Positions 50,477 through 62,765 of a stretch of 64,000 nucleotides of DNA are shown here, one piece after another (position 1 is the first letter of the stretch; each line of letters starts with the position of its first letter). The notes under the pieces were generated by a model. The model did not search any database and had not been told where the DNA came from. It worked only from the letters and a program-made list of their open reading frames with translations. The stretch spans positions 56,110,001 to 56,174,000 of the forward strand of contig NC_092352.1 in assembly GCF_963676685.1 (NCBI RefSeq), written 5' to 3'. The stretch is from Mytilus edulis (lineage: Eukaryota). The translations under genes and the position numbers were made by a program.

Positions 50477-53400
50477 AAAACATGTCTATTTTCTACGGGA
50501 ACTCGGACTTCATATCTTTCTTTTATGTGTTGTGTGCGTATTTTGTTTGAACTGTTTGTTAGGTTACTAACTACAGTACTTCTGGTCAAAAATATGTAGA
50601 GGTGTGGGTATGCTGACATCAACAAAAATTGTAAGCCTTGTAAAATAGTTCTTGTTCATAGCCTAAATAAAATTTTGTTAATATATTTAATTTCCCAGTA
50701 GGCGCTCTCCATAACAACATTTTTTGATAAAGTTTAAGAAAGTAACAACATTCTAACAGTAAACCGATTAGATGAGTATCATTTATGTATTCGATACTCG
50801 AGTACTCGTTGACATCCCTAATAAACACATACCTTTTCTGCGTAATTTGTTTGAGTTTTTCTCAAACCTGTTGCAAATTACAACTTTCTCGATGATTTAA
50901 TCAATTGTAAATACATTTTTAGCTACTTAGTCACTAGTGTGGGCAAAAACATGTGTTGTCAGATAGATTTGTAAATTGTAAAGCCAGCAGGCCCATATGT
51001 CTCCAAAATATGAAATTAGAATTTAGCCAATTTGGACACTGCTTTACATTGAAATACTTCTACAAAAATATCTGGAAGTCCTACATATTTTACACTGAGC
51101 GCAAACTCTCAGGGTATGAAATTTTGTTCGACAACTATGTTGTGTTTTGTCATGCTCAAACTCGCAGGACCTACACGAAACTGAAATTAAATTTTGGAAT
51201 TGAACAATAAAATTTTATTGAATGTTTGAAATATGGATGTAATGTAAGAAATAGTGTGTCAGTGAACATTTTTGATAAGATACTAAAATTGTAATGATTA
51301 TATTAAGTGTCTGTTTATCCTTATGTGTTTCGTACAATTTACACGATTTTCTACTGATTATGGCAATGAAACTCATCAGTAGACTTTTTGTTTAGCTTTT
51401 CTTTTCATCATGCTGAAATTTATAATCAAAAAGAAGAATTATTGTCAATTATGTTGAAATTTAAATTTGATGCAAGAAGTGAGTGTATGCAATTGATATG
51501 ACCAAATTTTGGTTTTCGTTTGTTTTGTATTCATAAAAAAGTAAAGGAAATTAATAAAGTCGTCCCCTCGAACTCCGGTTAAAAATACATCCGCATACAA
51601 TCCAAAATGTGACAATTTTACCATGTTTTCAAACTCCGTTTCAAAAGAAAATCACGACTCGTTCTCGAATATAAAACTTATCGGAATAACTCCAACAAAA
51701 TATTAGACAATAAAATACATATTGTTTATTGATATATTTTAATTGTTGACACTATAAATATGATAGAATAGATCAGTAGTTTTTGTTGATTTTTAATCAG
51801 ATACATGTAGTATATGTACATCGGAAAATAAAAAATTACAATTAATTAATATAGATATATGGCCGTTAATTACCATTTTGTTTAATGTTTCGAAAGATCG
51901 AATGTACTTTCATACAGGAACAATACATTGATGGGAGGAATTCGAACCATTGAAAATTTATCTATCACCTGTTGACATTTGTGGATCTTCCTGTTTGTCA
52001 ACACGGATACGTGATACAATGGTTATCCGATTCCAACGACTAGTCAATGCACTTTTATTTTTCAGTTTGTAGATTTTGTAAAGCAGCTGTTGCATGTTAA
52101 CAATAAAGTTATGTTGTAATAGGCCTGCTACGCAGTAAACTCTCATATGGAATGATGAAATCCTTTGCAGCCTCATATGGTAATACATCAAGATGAGATC
52201 TACCTATTGTCCCAATAAAGTCATGATATTTTTAAAAACAACGAGGGGGGCCATGTTGACAAAAATCAATAAATTGGATAGAAGTGGTAGGAGGGCGTGC
52301 CAAAAAAAATGCTGGAGGAAAAAAAACGTTAGAAAGATCAAAAAGGTCTTTCCTCGCGTAGAGGAAAGACCTTAAAAAATATGTCTATTTTCTACGGGAA
52401 CTCGGACTTCATATCTTTCTTTTATGTGTTGTGTGCGTATTTTGTTTGAACTGTTTGTTAGGTTACTAACTACAGTACTTCTGGTCAAAAATATGTAGAG
52501 GTGTGGGTATGCTGACATCAACAAAAATTGTAAGCCTTGTAAAATAGTTCTTGTTCATAGCCTAAATAAAATTTTGTTAATATATTTAATTTCCCAGTAG
52601 GCGCTCTCCATAACAACATTTTTTGATAAAATTTTAGAAAGCAACAACATTCTAACAGTAAACCGATTAGTGGAGTATCATTTATGTATTCGATACTCGA
52701 GTACTCGTTGACATCCCTAATAAATACATACCTTTTCTGCGTAATTTGTTTGAGTTTTTCTCAAACCTGTTGCAAATTACAACTTCCTTGATGATTTAAT
52801 CAATTGTAAATACATTTTTAGCTACTTAATCACTAGTGTGGGCAAAAACATGTGTTGTCAGATAGATTTGTAAATTGTAAAGCCAGCAGGCCCATATGTC
52901 TCCAAAATATAAAATTAGAATTTAGCCAATTTGGACACTGCTTTACATTGAAATACTTCTACAAAAATATCTGGAAGTCCTACATATTTTACACTGAGCG
53001 CAAACTCTCAGGGTATGAAATTTTGTTCGACAACTATGTTGTGTTTTGTCATGCTCAAACTCGCAGGACCTACACGAAACTGAAATTAAATTTTGGAATT
53101 GAACAATAAAATTTTATTGAATGTTTGAAATATGGATGTAATGTAAGAAATAGTGTGTCAGTGAACATTTTTGATAAGATACTAAAATTGTAATGATTAT
53201 ATTAAGTGTCTGTTTATCCTTATGTGTTTCGTACAATTTACACGATTTTCTACTGATTATGGCAATGAAACTCATCAGTAGACTTTTTGTTTAGCTTTTC
53301 TTTTCATCATGCTGAAATTTATAATCAAAAAGAAGAATTATTGTCAATTATGTTGAAATTTAAATTTGATGCAAGAAGTGAGTGTATGCAATTGATATGA

Positions 53401-55349
53401 CCAAATTTTGGTTTTCGTTTGTTTTGTATTCATAAAAAAGTAAAGGAAATTAATAAAGTCGTCCCCTCGAACTCCGGTTAAAAATACATCCGCATACAAT
53501 CCAAAATGTGACAATTTTACCATGTTTTCAAACTCCGTTTCAAAAGAAAATCACGACTCGTTCTCGAATATAAAACTTATCGGAATAACTCCAACAAAAT
53601 ATTAGACAATAAAATACATATTGTTTATTGATATATTTTAATTGTTGACACTATAAATATGATAGAATAGATCAGTAGTTTTTGTTGATTTTTAATCAGA
53701 TACATGTAGTATATGTACATCGGAAAATAAAAAATTACAATTAATTAATATAGATATATGGCCGTTAATTACCATTTTGTTTAATGTTTCGAAAGATCGA
53801 ATGTACTTTCATACAGGAACAATACATTGATGGGAGGAATTCGAACCATTGAAAATTTATCTATCACCTGTTGACATTTGTGGATCTTCCTGTTTGTCAA
53901 CACGGATACGTGATACAATGGTTATCCGATTCCAACGACTAGTCAATGCACTTTTATTTTTCAGTTTGTAGATTTTGTAAAGCAGCTGTTGCATGTTAAC
54001 AATAAAGTTATGTTGTAATAGGCCTGCTACGCAGTAAACTCTCATATGGAATGATGAAATCCTTTGCAGCCTCATATGGTAATACATCAAGATGAGATCT
54101 ACCTATTGTCCCAATAAAGTCATGATATTTTTAAAAACAACGAGGGGGGCCATGTTGACAAAAATCAATAAATTGGATAGAAGTGGTAGGAGGGCGTGCC
54201 AAAAAAAATGCTGGAGGAAAAAAAACGTTAGAAAGATCAAAAAGGTCTTTCCTCGCGTAGAGGAAAGACCTTAAAAAATATGTCTATTTTCTACGGGAAC
54301 TCGGACTTCATATCTTTCTTTTATGTGTTGTGTGCGTATTTTGTTTGAACTGTTTGTTAGGTTACTAACTACAGTACTTCTGGTCAAAAATATGTAGAGG
54401 TGTGGGTATGCTGACATCAACAAAAATTGTAAGCCTTGTAAAATAGTTCTTGTTCATAGCCTAAATAAAATTTTGTTAATATATTTAATTTCCCAGTAGG
54501 CGCTCTCCATAACAACATTTTTTGATAAAATTTTAGAAAGCAACAACATTCTAACAGTAAACCGATTAGTGGAGTATCATTTATGTATTCGATACTCGAG
54601 TACTCGTTGACATCCCTAATAAATACATACCTTTTCTGCGTAATTTGTTTGAGTTTTTCTCAAACCTGTTGCAAATTACAACTTCCTTGATGATTTAATC
54701 AATTGTAAATACATTTTTAGCTACTTAATCACTAGTGTGGGCAAAAACATGTGTTGTCAGATAGATTTGTAAATTGTAAAGCCAGCAGGCCCATATGTCT
54801 CCAAAATATAAAATTAGAATTTAGCCAATTTGGACACTGCTTTACATTGAAATACTCCTACAAAAATATCTGGAAGTCCTACATATTTACACTGAGCGCA
54901 AACTCTCAGGGTATGAAATGTTGTTCGACAAATATGTTGTGTTTTGTCATGCTCAAACTCGCAGGACCTACATGAAACTAAAATTAAATTTTGGAATTGA
55001 AAAATAAAATTTTATTGAATCTTTGAAATATGGATGTAATGTAAGAAATAGTGTGTCAGTGAACATTTTTGATAAGATACTAAAATTGTTATGATTATAT
55101 TAAGTGTCTGTTTAGCCTTATGTGTTTCGTACAATAAACACGATTGTAATGAGAATGAAAATACGGATTTTTTTGTGTTTTTAAAATTTACTGTTACAAA
55201 ATGGTAGAATTTATTATAAGTTAAGGAATGTATCTCCCTCATGAAAAGCTCTGATTTCTTACACAGATTTGGCTATACTTTTTGGACCTTTTGGATTATA
55301 GCTCTTCATCATTTATATAAGCTTTGGATTTCAAATATTTTGGCCACGA

Positions 55350-55393
55350 GCATCACTGAAGAGACATGTATTGTCGAAATAAGTTTCTGGTGC
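55350..55393 (+). ncRNA. Minimal type I hammerhead, stem III mutated
   Basis: GCATCA-CTGAAGA-GACA..TGTC-GAAAT-AAGT-TTC-TGGTGC. Confidence 0.6.
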
Positions 55394-55698
55394 AGAAAAA
55401 ATGGTACCGTTAATGTTATTACTACCACTGGGTCGATGCCTCTGCTAGTGGACTGTAAGTCCCCGAGGGTATCACCAGCCCAGTAGCCAGTACTTCGGTA
55501 CTGGCATGAAAATACGGATTTTTTGTGTTTTTAAAATTTACTGTTTGAATGATAGAAACTATTATCAATTAAAGAATGTATCTCCCTCATGCAAAGTTAT
55601 GATTTCTTTCACGGATTTGGCTATACTTTTTGGACCTTTTGGATTATAGCTCTTCATCATTTATAAAAGCTTTGGATTTCAAATTTTTTGGCCACGAC

Positions 55699-55740
55699 CA
55701 TCACTGAAGAGACATGTATTGTCGAAATGCGCATCTGGTG
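55699..55740 (+). ncRNA. Minimal type I hammerhead ribozyme, intact
   Basis: CAUCA-CUGAAGA-GACA-UGUAU-UGUC-GAAAU-GCGC-AUC^UGGUG; the palindromic GCGC loop III is typical of dimer-active minimal hammerheads. Confidence 0.85.
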
Positions 55741-58700
55741 CAGAAAAAATGGTACCGTTAATGTTATTGTATACTAATCATTAGCAATGAATCTCATCGG
55801 TAGACATTTTGTTTAGTTTTTCTTTTCATCATGCTATAGTAATATTTAAAATAAAATGAAGAAATTTTTGTCAATTATGTTGAAATTTGGATTTGATGCA
55901 AGAACTGGGTGTATGCATTTGCTATGACCAAATTTTGGTTTTCGTTTGTTTTGCATTCATAAAAAAGTAAAGGAAATTTATAAAGTCATCCCCTCCAACT
56001 CCGGAAAAAAATACATCCGCATAAAATCCAAAATGTGACAATTTTACCATGTTTTAAAACTCCGTTTTAGAAGAAAATCACGACTCTGTCTCGAATATAA
56101 AACTTATCAGATAAACTACAGCAAAATATTCGACAATAAAATACATATTGTTTATTGATATATTTTAATTGTTGACACTATAAATATGAAAGAATAGCTC
56201 AGTAGTTTTTAATCATATACATGTTGTATATGTACATCGGAAAATGAAAAATAACAATTAATCAATATTAATATAGATACATATGGTCGTTAATTACTAT
56301 TCTGTTTAATCTTTCGACAGATCGAATGTACTTTCATACAGGAACAATACGTTGATTGGAGGAATTCGAACCATTAAAAATTTATATGTCACCTGTTGAC
56401 ATTCGTAGATCTTCCTGTTTGTCAACACGGATACATGATACAATGGTTATCCGATTCCAACGACTAGTCAAGGCGCAAGTTTGAGCATGACAAAACACAA
56501 CATATTTGTAGAACCACATTTCATACCCTGAGTGTTTGTGCTCAGTATTAATATGTAGGACTTTCGGAAATTTTTGTAGACATATTTCAATGTAAAACAG
56601 TGTCCAAATTGGCCAAATTTTTAATTTCAGATTTTGGAGACATATGGGCCTTCTGGCTTTATAATTTACAAATCTATTAGACAACACATGTTTGTGCCCA
56701 CTCTAGTGATTAAGAAACTAAAATTGTTTTACAATTGATTAAGTCATCAAGGAAGTTGTAATTTGCAACAGGTTTAAAAAAAAAACTAAAACAAATTACG
56801 CAAATAAGGTATGTATTTATTAGGGATGTCAACGAGTACTCGAGTATCGCTCGGTAGTACCGAGTATCGAATACATAAATGATACTCGACTAATCGGTTT
56901 ACTGTTAGAATGTTGTTGCTTTCTTAAACTTTATAAAAAAAATGTTGTTATTGAGAGCGCCTACTGGGAAATTAAATATATTAACAAAATTTTATTCAGG
57001 CTATGAACAAGAACTATTTTACAAGGCTTACAATTTTTGTTGATGTCAGCATACCCACACCTCTACATATTTTTGACCAGAAGTACTGTAGTTAGTAACC
57101 TAACAAAAAGTTCAATCAAAATACACACACAACACAAAAAGAAAGAAATGACGTCTGAGTTCCCGTGGAAAATAGACATGTTTTTTAAGGTCTTTCCTCT
57201 ACGCGAGGAAAGACCTTATTGTTCTTCTAACATTTTTTTTTTCTTTTTTTTTTCTTCCAGCATTTTTTTTGGCACGCTCTCCTACCATTTCTATTGGAGT
57301 TATCAATACCAAATTTGAATTATCAATAGAACACATCATGAAGTTTTACAAGATGAACTTTTTTTAGGATTTCATCACCCCCTTTAGAAGTAAAATCCCT
57401 TTTATTGATTGTTTTCAACATTGCCCCCTCGTTGTTTTAAAGATATCATGACTTTATTAGGACAATAGGTAGATCTCATCATGATGTATTATCATATGAG
57501 GTTGCAAGGTTTTCATCATCCCCTATGAGAGTTTACTGCATAGCAAATCTATTACAACATATCTTTTTTGTTAAAATGCAACAGCTGCTTTACAAAATCT
57601 ATAAACTGATAAATAATGTGCATGACATACATGAAACTAATATTAAATTTTGGAATTGAAAAATAAAGTTTTATTGAATCTTTGGAATATGGATGTAATG
57701 TTAAAAATAGTGTGTCAGTGAAACTTTATGATAAGATACTAAAATTGTAATGAATATATTAAGTGTCTGTTTGGCCTTATGTGTTTTGTACAATTTACAC
57801 GATTGTATACTAATGATAAGCACTGAAACTCATCAGTAGACGTTTTGTGTAGTCTTCTTTTCATCATGCTATAGTAATATTTATAATTAAAAAGAAGAAG
57901 TTTTGGTCAATTATGTTGAAATTTGGATTTGAAGCAAGAACTGAATGTACGCTATTGCTATGACCAAATTTTGGTTTTCGTTTGTTTTGCATTCATAAAA
58001 AAGTAAAGGAAATTAATAAAGTCGTCCCCTCTAACACCGGACAGAAATACATCCGCCGCATAAAATCCAAAATGTGACAATTTTACCATGTTTACAAACT
58101 CCGTTTTAGAAGAAGACTCTGTCTCGAATATAAAATTTATCAGAATAACTCAAGCAATAGAGACAATAAAATACATATTATTTATAGATATATTTTAATT
58201 GTTGACATTATAAATATGATATAATAGCTCAGTAGTTATTGTTGATTTTTAATCATATACATGTAGTATATGTACATCGGAAAATGAAAAATAACAATTA
58301 ATCAATATAGATATATGGCCGTTAATTACCATTTTGTTTAATGTTTCGACAGATCAAATGTACTTTCATACAGGAACAATACATTGATTGGAGGAATTCG
58401 AACCATTGAAAATGTATCTGTCACCTGTTGAAATTCGTGGATCTTCCTGTTTGTCAATACGGATACATGATACAATGGTTATCCTATTCCAACGACAAGT
58501 CAATGCACTTTTATTTATCAGTTTATAGATTTTATAAATCAGCTGTTGCATATTACCAATAAAGATATGTTGTAACAGATCTGATATTCAGTAAACGATG
58601 AAAAACGTATTGACTGCGTATGGAAGGATTGCGAAAATTTAAAATGTCACTGCTTGACAGCAAATTGTACCACTGAATGCCTCTTTGGATATTTTGATGA

Positions 58701-59199
58701 ACAACATTTTTATAAGTGAAAGATTTTAAATATCTTCTTCTGTTACGAGAAGTATAACCTTTGATTTTAACCTAAACAATTCTAAGAGCCTTAAACATTA
58801 AAAGACCGAAAAATAATCAATCCGCCTTTAATTTTACTTTATACCTGTAGAGATGCCATGATTTGTTTAAACCATTTCAAACTAAAAGAAGTTTATTAGG
58901 AAAAGCAATTGCTGAGAACATAGTCAGTGATTAGCTACTGTAAAATCCATTAGAAAAATACAACCAGGAACAAAGGTTCGATGACGATCATCGCATCTAT
59001 TTACATCAGTCCTCAAATATTCTACACAAAAAAAGAATCCAATAGAACATTTACTAAATATAAATACCGTGGTAAACATATGGTGCCGAAAACATTATGC
59101 ACATTCTGCATCATTAGTGAACAATTATAGACTCTGTTAAAATATAAATGTGTTCCTTTACTTTTTCAGGGATATCAATCGGTAAAAAGTTAAAAGCTT

Positions 59200-59979
59200 T
59201 TAACTATGTGTTCTGTTTTAGCTGGTATTACATTTTTTCAAAATATTTCTAGATAACGGAGCAGTCAACAGAGTTGTGGTTACAAGAGGAAAATATCGAT
59301 ATAACCCGTTCATTGGTTCATTGTAAGCAAGAACCTGAACTATAGGAAATCATATCAAGAAACGCAAATTCTGGCACTGGAAGAACAAATGAAGAAGTTT
59401 TCAAACAGCATTTGTATTAAACAGGATATGCATGAATATCTTATAATTTGTTGTCATCAATAATGCATTAATCGAATATATTAACTAGGCAAATCATAAT
59501 AAATAATGTACATAGAAAAAGCGATATTGAGTCGACAAATGTGATCAATATATACAACAGTATATATTTAATCACAAATATTGAAGTGGCCGTAAATGTC
59601 TTCTTCAAAGTGGTGAATATAATAAAGCTATTTGAATTTTAAATCATTCAATGTGTCACTGAACCGTCAACTTGGCCCTTCAAAATTGTCAAAAACATTT
59701 CTGCTATTTTCAATTACCGTTGACATTACCTTATTGCTATTTATATATAACCAGAGATACACGTACGGGGGACCATCAAATATAACACTAGAGATCAGGC
59801 TTACTCACTGGCATCTCCAATGCCGACTAGGAGTAAAAAGAAAGTGTTATGTATGCTGGACAAGCATTGGAAAGGGTATCCAGGAAAAAAGGCACCACAC
59901 TCGATATAGTTGTGTAGAGTGTGGCAATCATGTTTACCTTCCAAAATACTTCATCGTATACAACACTGTCAATAATTAA
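59200..59979 (+). pseudogene. piggyBac transposase C-terminal remnant
   Basis: RLTHWHL...KRKCYVCW...RHHTRYSCVECGNHVYLPKYFIVYN matches a decayed piggyBac Cys-rich domain (CxxC...T.Y.CxxC...LC..CF..YH). Upstream sequence too degraded to read; left boundary approximate. Confidence 0.55.
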
Positions 59980-60329
59980 TATGCATCACTTCTACCTGTT
60001 TCATAAATGTTAGCTGTTATTATTGTTAATTGAAGTTATATTTAAAATTGAATAATATTTCAATCATATGTCTATGACTTGACGATTATTATAAAACCCT
60101 ATTACCAGAGGAACTGGTGGATTACATACGGACAACGAATGTTAATGACTTTTCATCAATAATTCTAATGCAACAACATTTGTAACGTTCATTTTGATTG
60201 GATAACTCACTTATTTACATTGCATCAATTGACAATAGATGCTATGGGACGTACGCGCAAGCGCAGACGGCATATGACAGATTTTAAATACATGTTTTAA
60301 CGTTGTTTTCTGTCAGTTTCATTAGAATG

Positions 60330-60496
60330 GAGATTACAATATTGTATTTTAAGCTCCGACGGTATCAATTGGGGATTTGATGGTCGCAAATACCCGTTTA
60401 CTGTCTCCGCTAACGCGTCGCCTGTAAACTTAATTTGCGACCATCAAATCCCCAATTGATGCCGTCGGAGCTTAAAATACAATACAGTTATCTCCT
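60330..60496. repeat. Foldback hairpin (~50-bp near-perfect arms), end of a small non-autonomous element (~60160-60498)
   Basis: TATTGTATTTTAAGCTCCGACGGTATCAATTGGGGATTTGATGGTCGCAAAT versus ATTTGCGACCATCAAATCCCCAATTGATGCCGTCGGAGCTTAAAATACAATA. Confidence 0.85.
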
Positions 60497-60579
60497 AAAT
60501 ACCATGTAAGTGCCATTCATATTTGTTTTGATTTGATTTCTTTTGTGTTAATAAAAGTTGGAGTCGAGTGCAACCGCAG

Positions 60580-60664
60580 GAGCGGGATTCGAACTCACAA
60601 CCTCAGTGTTGACTGACTAGTGATTAAAGTAGTAACTACTTAGACCACTCGGCCACCGAGGCCC
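60580..60664 (-). mobile_element. tRNA-derived SINE head
   Basis: Minus strand GGGCCTCGGTGGCCGAGTGGTCTAAG (A box) ... GAGTTCGAATCCCGC (B box); same family as ~33396-33485. Confidence 0.75.
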
Positions 60665-61840
60665 TCAATTTATGTATGAACATTGAAGGTGATTTCAACT
60701 TTTAAAAAAATGTTTTGATGACATCAAGATTAGAAAGAAATAAAAAATTAATATGAAGTTTAGGAACTAAATATATATGTGTGTACGTGTGTAAACTTGA
60801 ATATAATTTATCAAAAAATCTGGAAATATAGATCCATAATCATAAAAGTGTGGATATTATTGAATTCTTGAAATATTTATTTATCCTTTCTACTATGATT
60901 TTTGTATCAAATTTTCTTATCTTCCCATTTTGATATTCATTTGAAGTTCATTTAGAAAATATTTTGCACATATAAAGAAAACTCCAGAACATCGCAGACA
61001 TAATTCTCGTAAACAACGCAGATCGGTGGCCGTGAATTCACATTGTTTGGTATTCCTTTTCATTAAACTGCAATTTTTCAGTCATAACTCAAAAATTACG
61101 TTCAGACGCCGAGTATTTGAAAATTAAGATAATGTAGAACATTTTTATGAAATATGAGGCCGATTATTGCTGAAACTGAAATGATATAGACTTTGATGTT
61201 TCGAAAAAAAACAGCTTTAATTTCTGTGCACGTCAAATAAATGCAGCCAAACGGCGGTGAGAAATTGATTATAAGGCCGCAAACTCGCGGGAAGAAACCA
61301 AATTTAGTTTTTAAGTCTTAACATTGTTTTATTTGACTTTAATAACGTAAACTAATAGAAAAACTTATCATTTGGTGCAATTTTAAAGAAAACATTATTG
61401 AATGTGCACAACCGATTGAATTGTATAAAAAAGCAGAATCATTTTAAAGTAACAGAAATACCGAACTCCAAGGAGAATTAAAAACGGTAAGTCCCTTACA
61501 TGTAACAAATGGCAAAATCAAAAGCTCAAACAAATTAAACGATTGGAAAACAATTATGATATCCCTCCCTAACTTGATACATGTACAGACATTTCTTTAT
61601 GTATAAAATGTTGAATTAAATCTAAGCGAGACTTTTACAACATGCATCTTCTAAGAAAATATTTAAAACATGTGTGCATATTTTAAAAAAAAGTGTCAAT
61701 GTCATATGTTTAACGTATCATCGGTCAGGAATGACACCGAGGTAAATCTGTTAGGTATAATAAGTACAGTGAAAATAACAGGACGAAGTACTCTATAAAA
61801 TACATTTATTAAAGAAATGAGTCAAAATTATTTATTTTTA

Positions 61841-62259
61841 TTAACCGCAATGGATAAGAAAACCGGCAAAGTGACTTTCAAACCCGACACCTATGCCAAT
61901 ATCAGAAGTCTGACTCACGTCGCATGTTTCCAACCAAACGTCGTCGTCTTTATCTAAGTGTGTTACGACTGATTCTGTTGTTTTTGGGTAGGATTTGTGA
62001 AAACTATTCAACAGTTCTCCAATAATAACACCGTTTCGCATGGTACATATCGTGATAAATGTGTTTACAGATGTGGTTGCAGTATACGTCAGAAAATATG
62101 TTCCAGAAACTGGTGCGATGAAATTTCCATGAAATGGTTTATATGCATTCCCAGAATTTAGGTGCATGTTGTCAAATTTGAGTTGCTGTCCTTTATTCAC
62201 ACAGAGTATTGGGTGTTTCGGCGAAGCCATAAATGCAATTTGTGGACATGATGAGGAAG
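61841..62259 (-). CDS. C1q domain-containing protein (C1qDC), last exon
   Basis: Acceptor ttttgcag; IAFMA...LKFDNMHLNSGNAYKPFHGNFIAPVSGTYFLTYT...VVTHLDKDDDVWL...SHFAGFLI is a globular C1q domain; AATAAA at ~61805-61810. Upstream exon(s) not identified in the window. Confidence 0.92.
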
Positions 62260-62765
62260 CTGCAAAAAAAATGCAAATAGACTACTATAGATGCATACTG
62301 GTATGTAAGGGTATAAGATACATCATATAGTATCTGTCCAATTTACGTTTTGAATTATTTTCTTACTAAACCTTTAAAAAAGAGGGACGAAAGAAACCAG
62401 AGGGCCTTCAAACTCAGATCAAAATAAAACTAACAACGCCATGGCTTAAAAAGAAAAATACAAACAGACATATATAGTGTAGTCCTACGTTCTATAAATA
62501 AAGGCAACAGTAGTATACCGCTGTTCAAAATTCATAAATCGATAGAGAAAAAACAAATCCGGGCTACAAACTTAAACTGAGGGAAACATATCAAACATAA
62601 GAGAACTACACCACAACAGAGACACAACACCGAAATGTAAAACACACAGAAACGAACTATAATGTAACAATGGCCACTTTCCTGACTTGGTACAGGGCAT
62701 TTAATGAAAAAATGGTGGGTTGAACCTGGTTTTGTGGCATGCCAAACCTCCCGCTTTACTGGTAG

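Larger units (their letters stand above)
55155..55768 (+). mobile_element. Non-LTR retrozyme: ~1.75 tandem copies of a ~350-nt monomer, each with a minimal hammerhead
   Basis: Direct repeat starting ATGAAAATACGGATTTTTT at 55155 and 55506; hammerhead cores at 55356 and 55704; absent from the other array units. Confidence 0.88.
48596..58595. repeat. Tandem array of a ~1.9-kb composite unit (about 5 copies) with an internal inversion
   Basis: Exact 1899-bp period between homologous ORFs at 50953/52852/54751 and 51958/53857; more diverged first (48596-50820) and last copies; 56471-57625 is reverse-complemented. Confidence 0.92.

Noticed and set aside
48726-58551. Repeated 60-100 aa ORFs in the tandem array (MLSDRFVN..., MMYYHMRL...)
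   Set aside because: Mostly non-ATG starts, no recognisable domains, and stops or frameshifts differ among copies; they recur only because the DNA is repeated.
60580-60664. Functional tRNA gene
   Set aside because: A and B boxes are present but no complete cloverleaf could be formed; it matches the SINE head at ~33396-33485.
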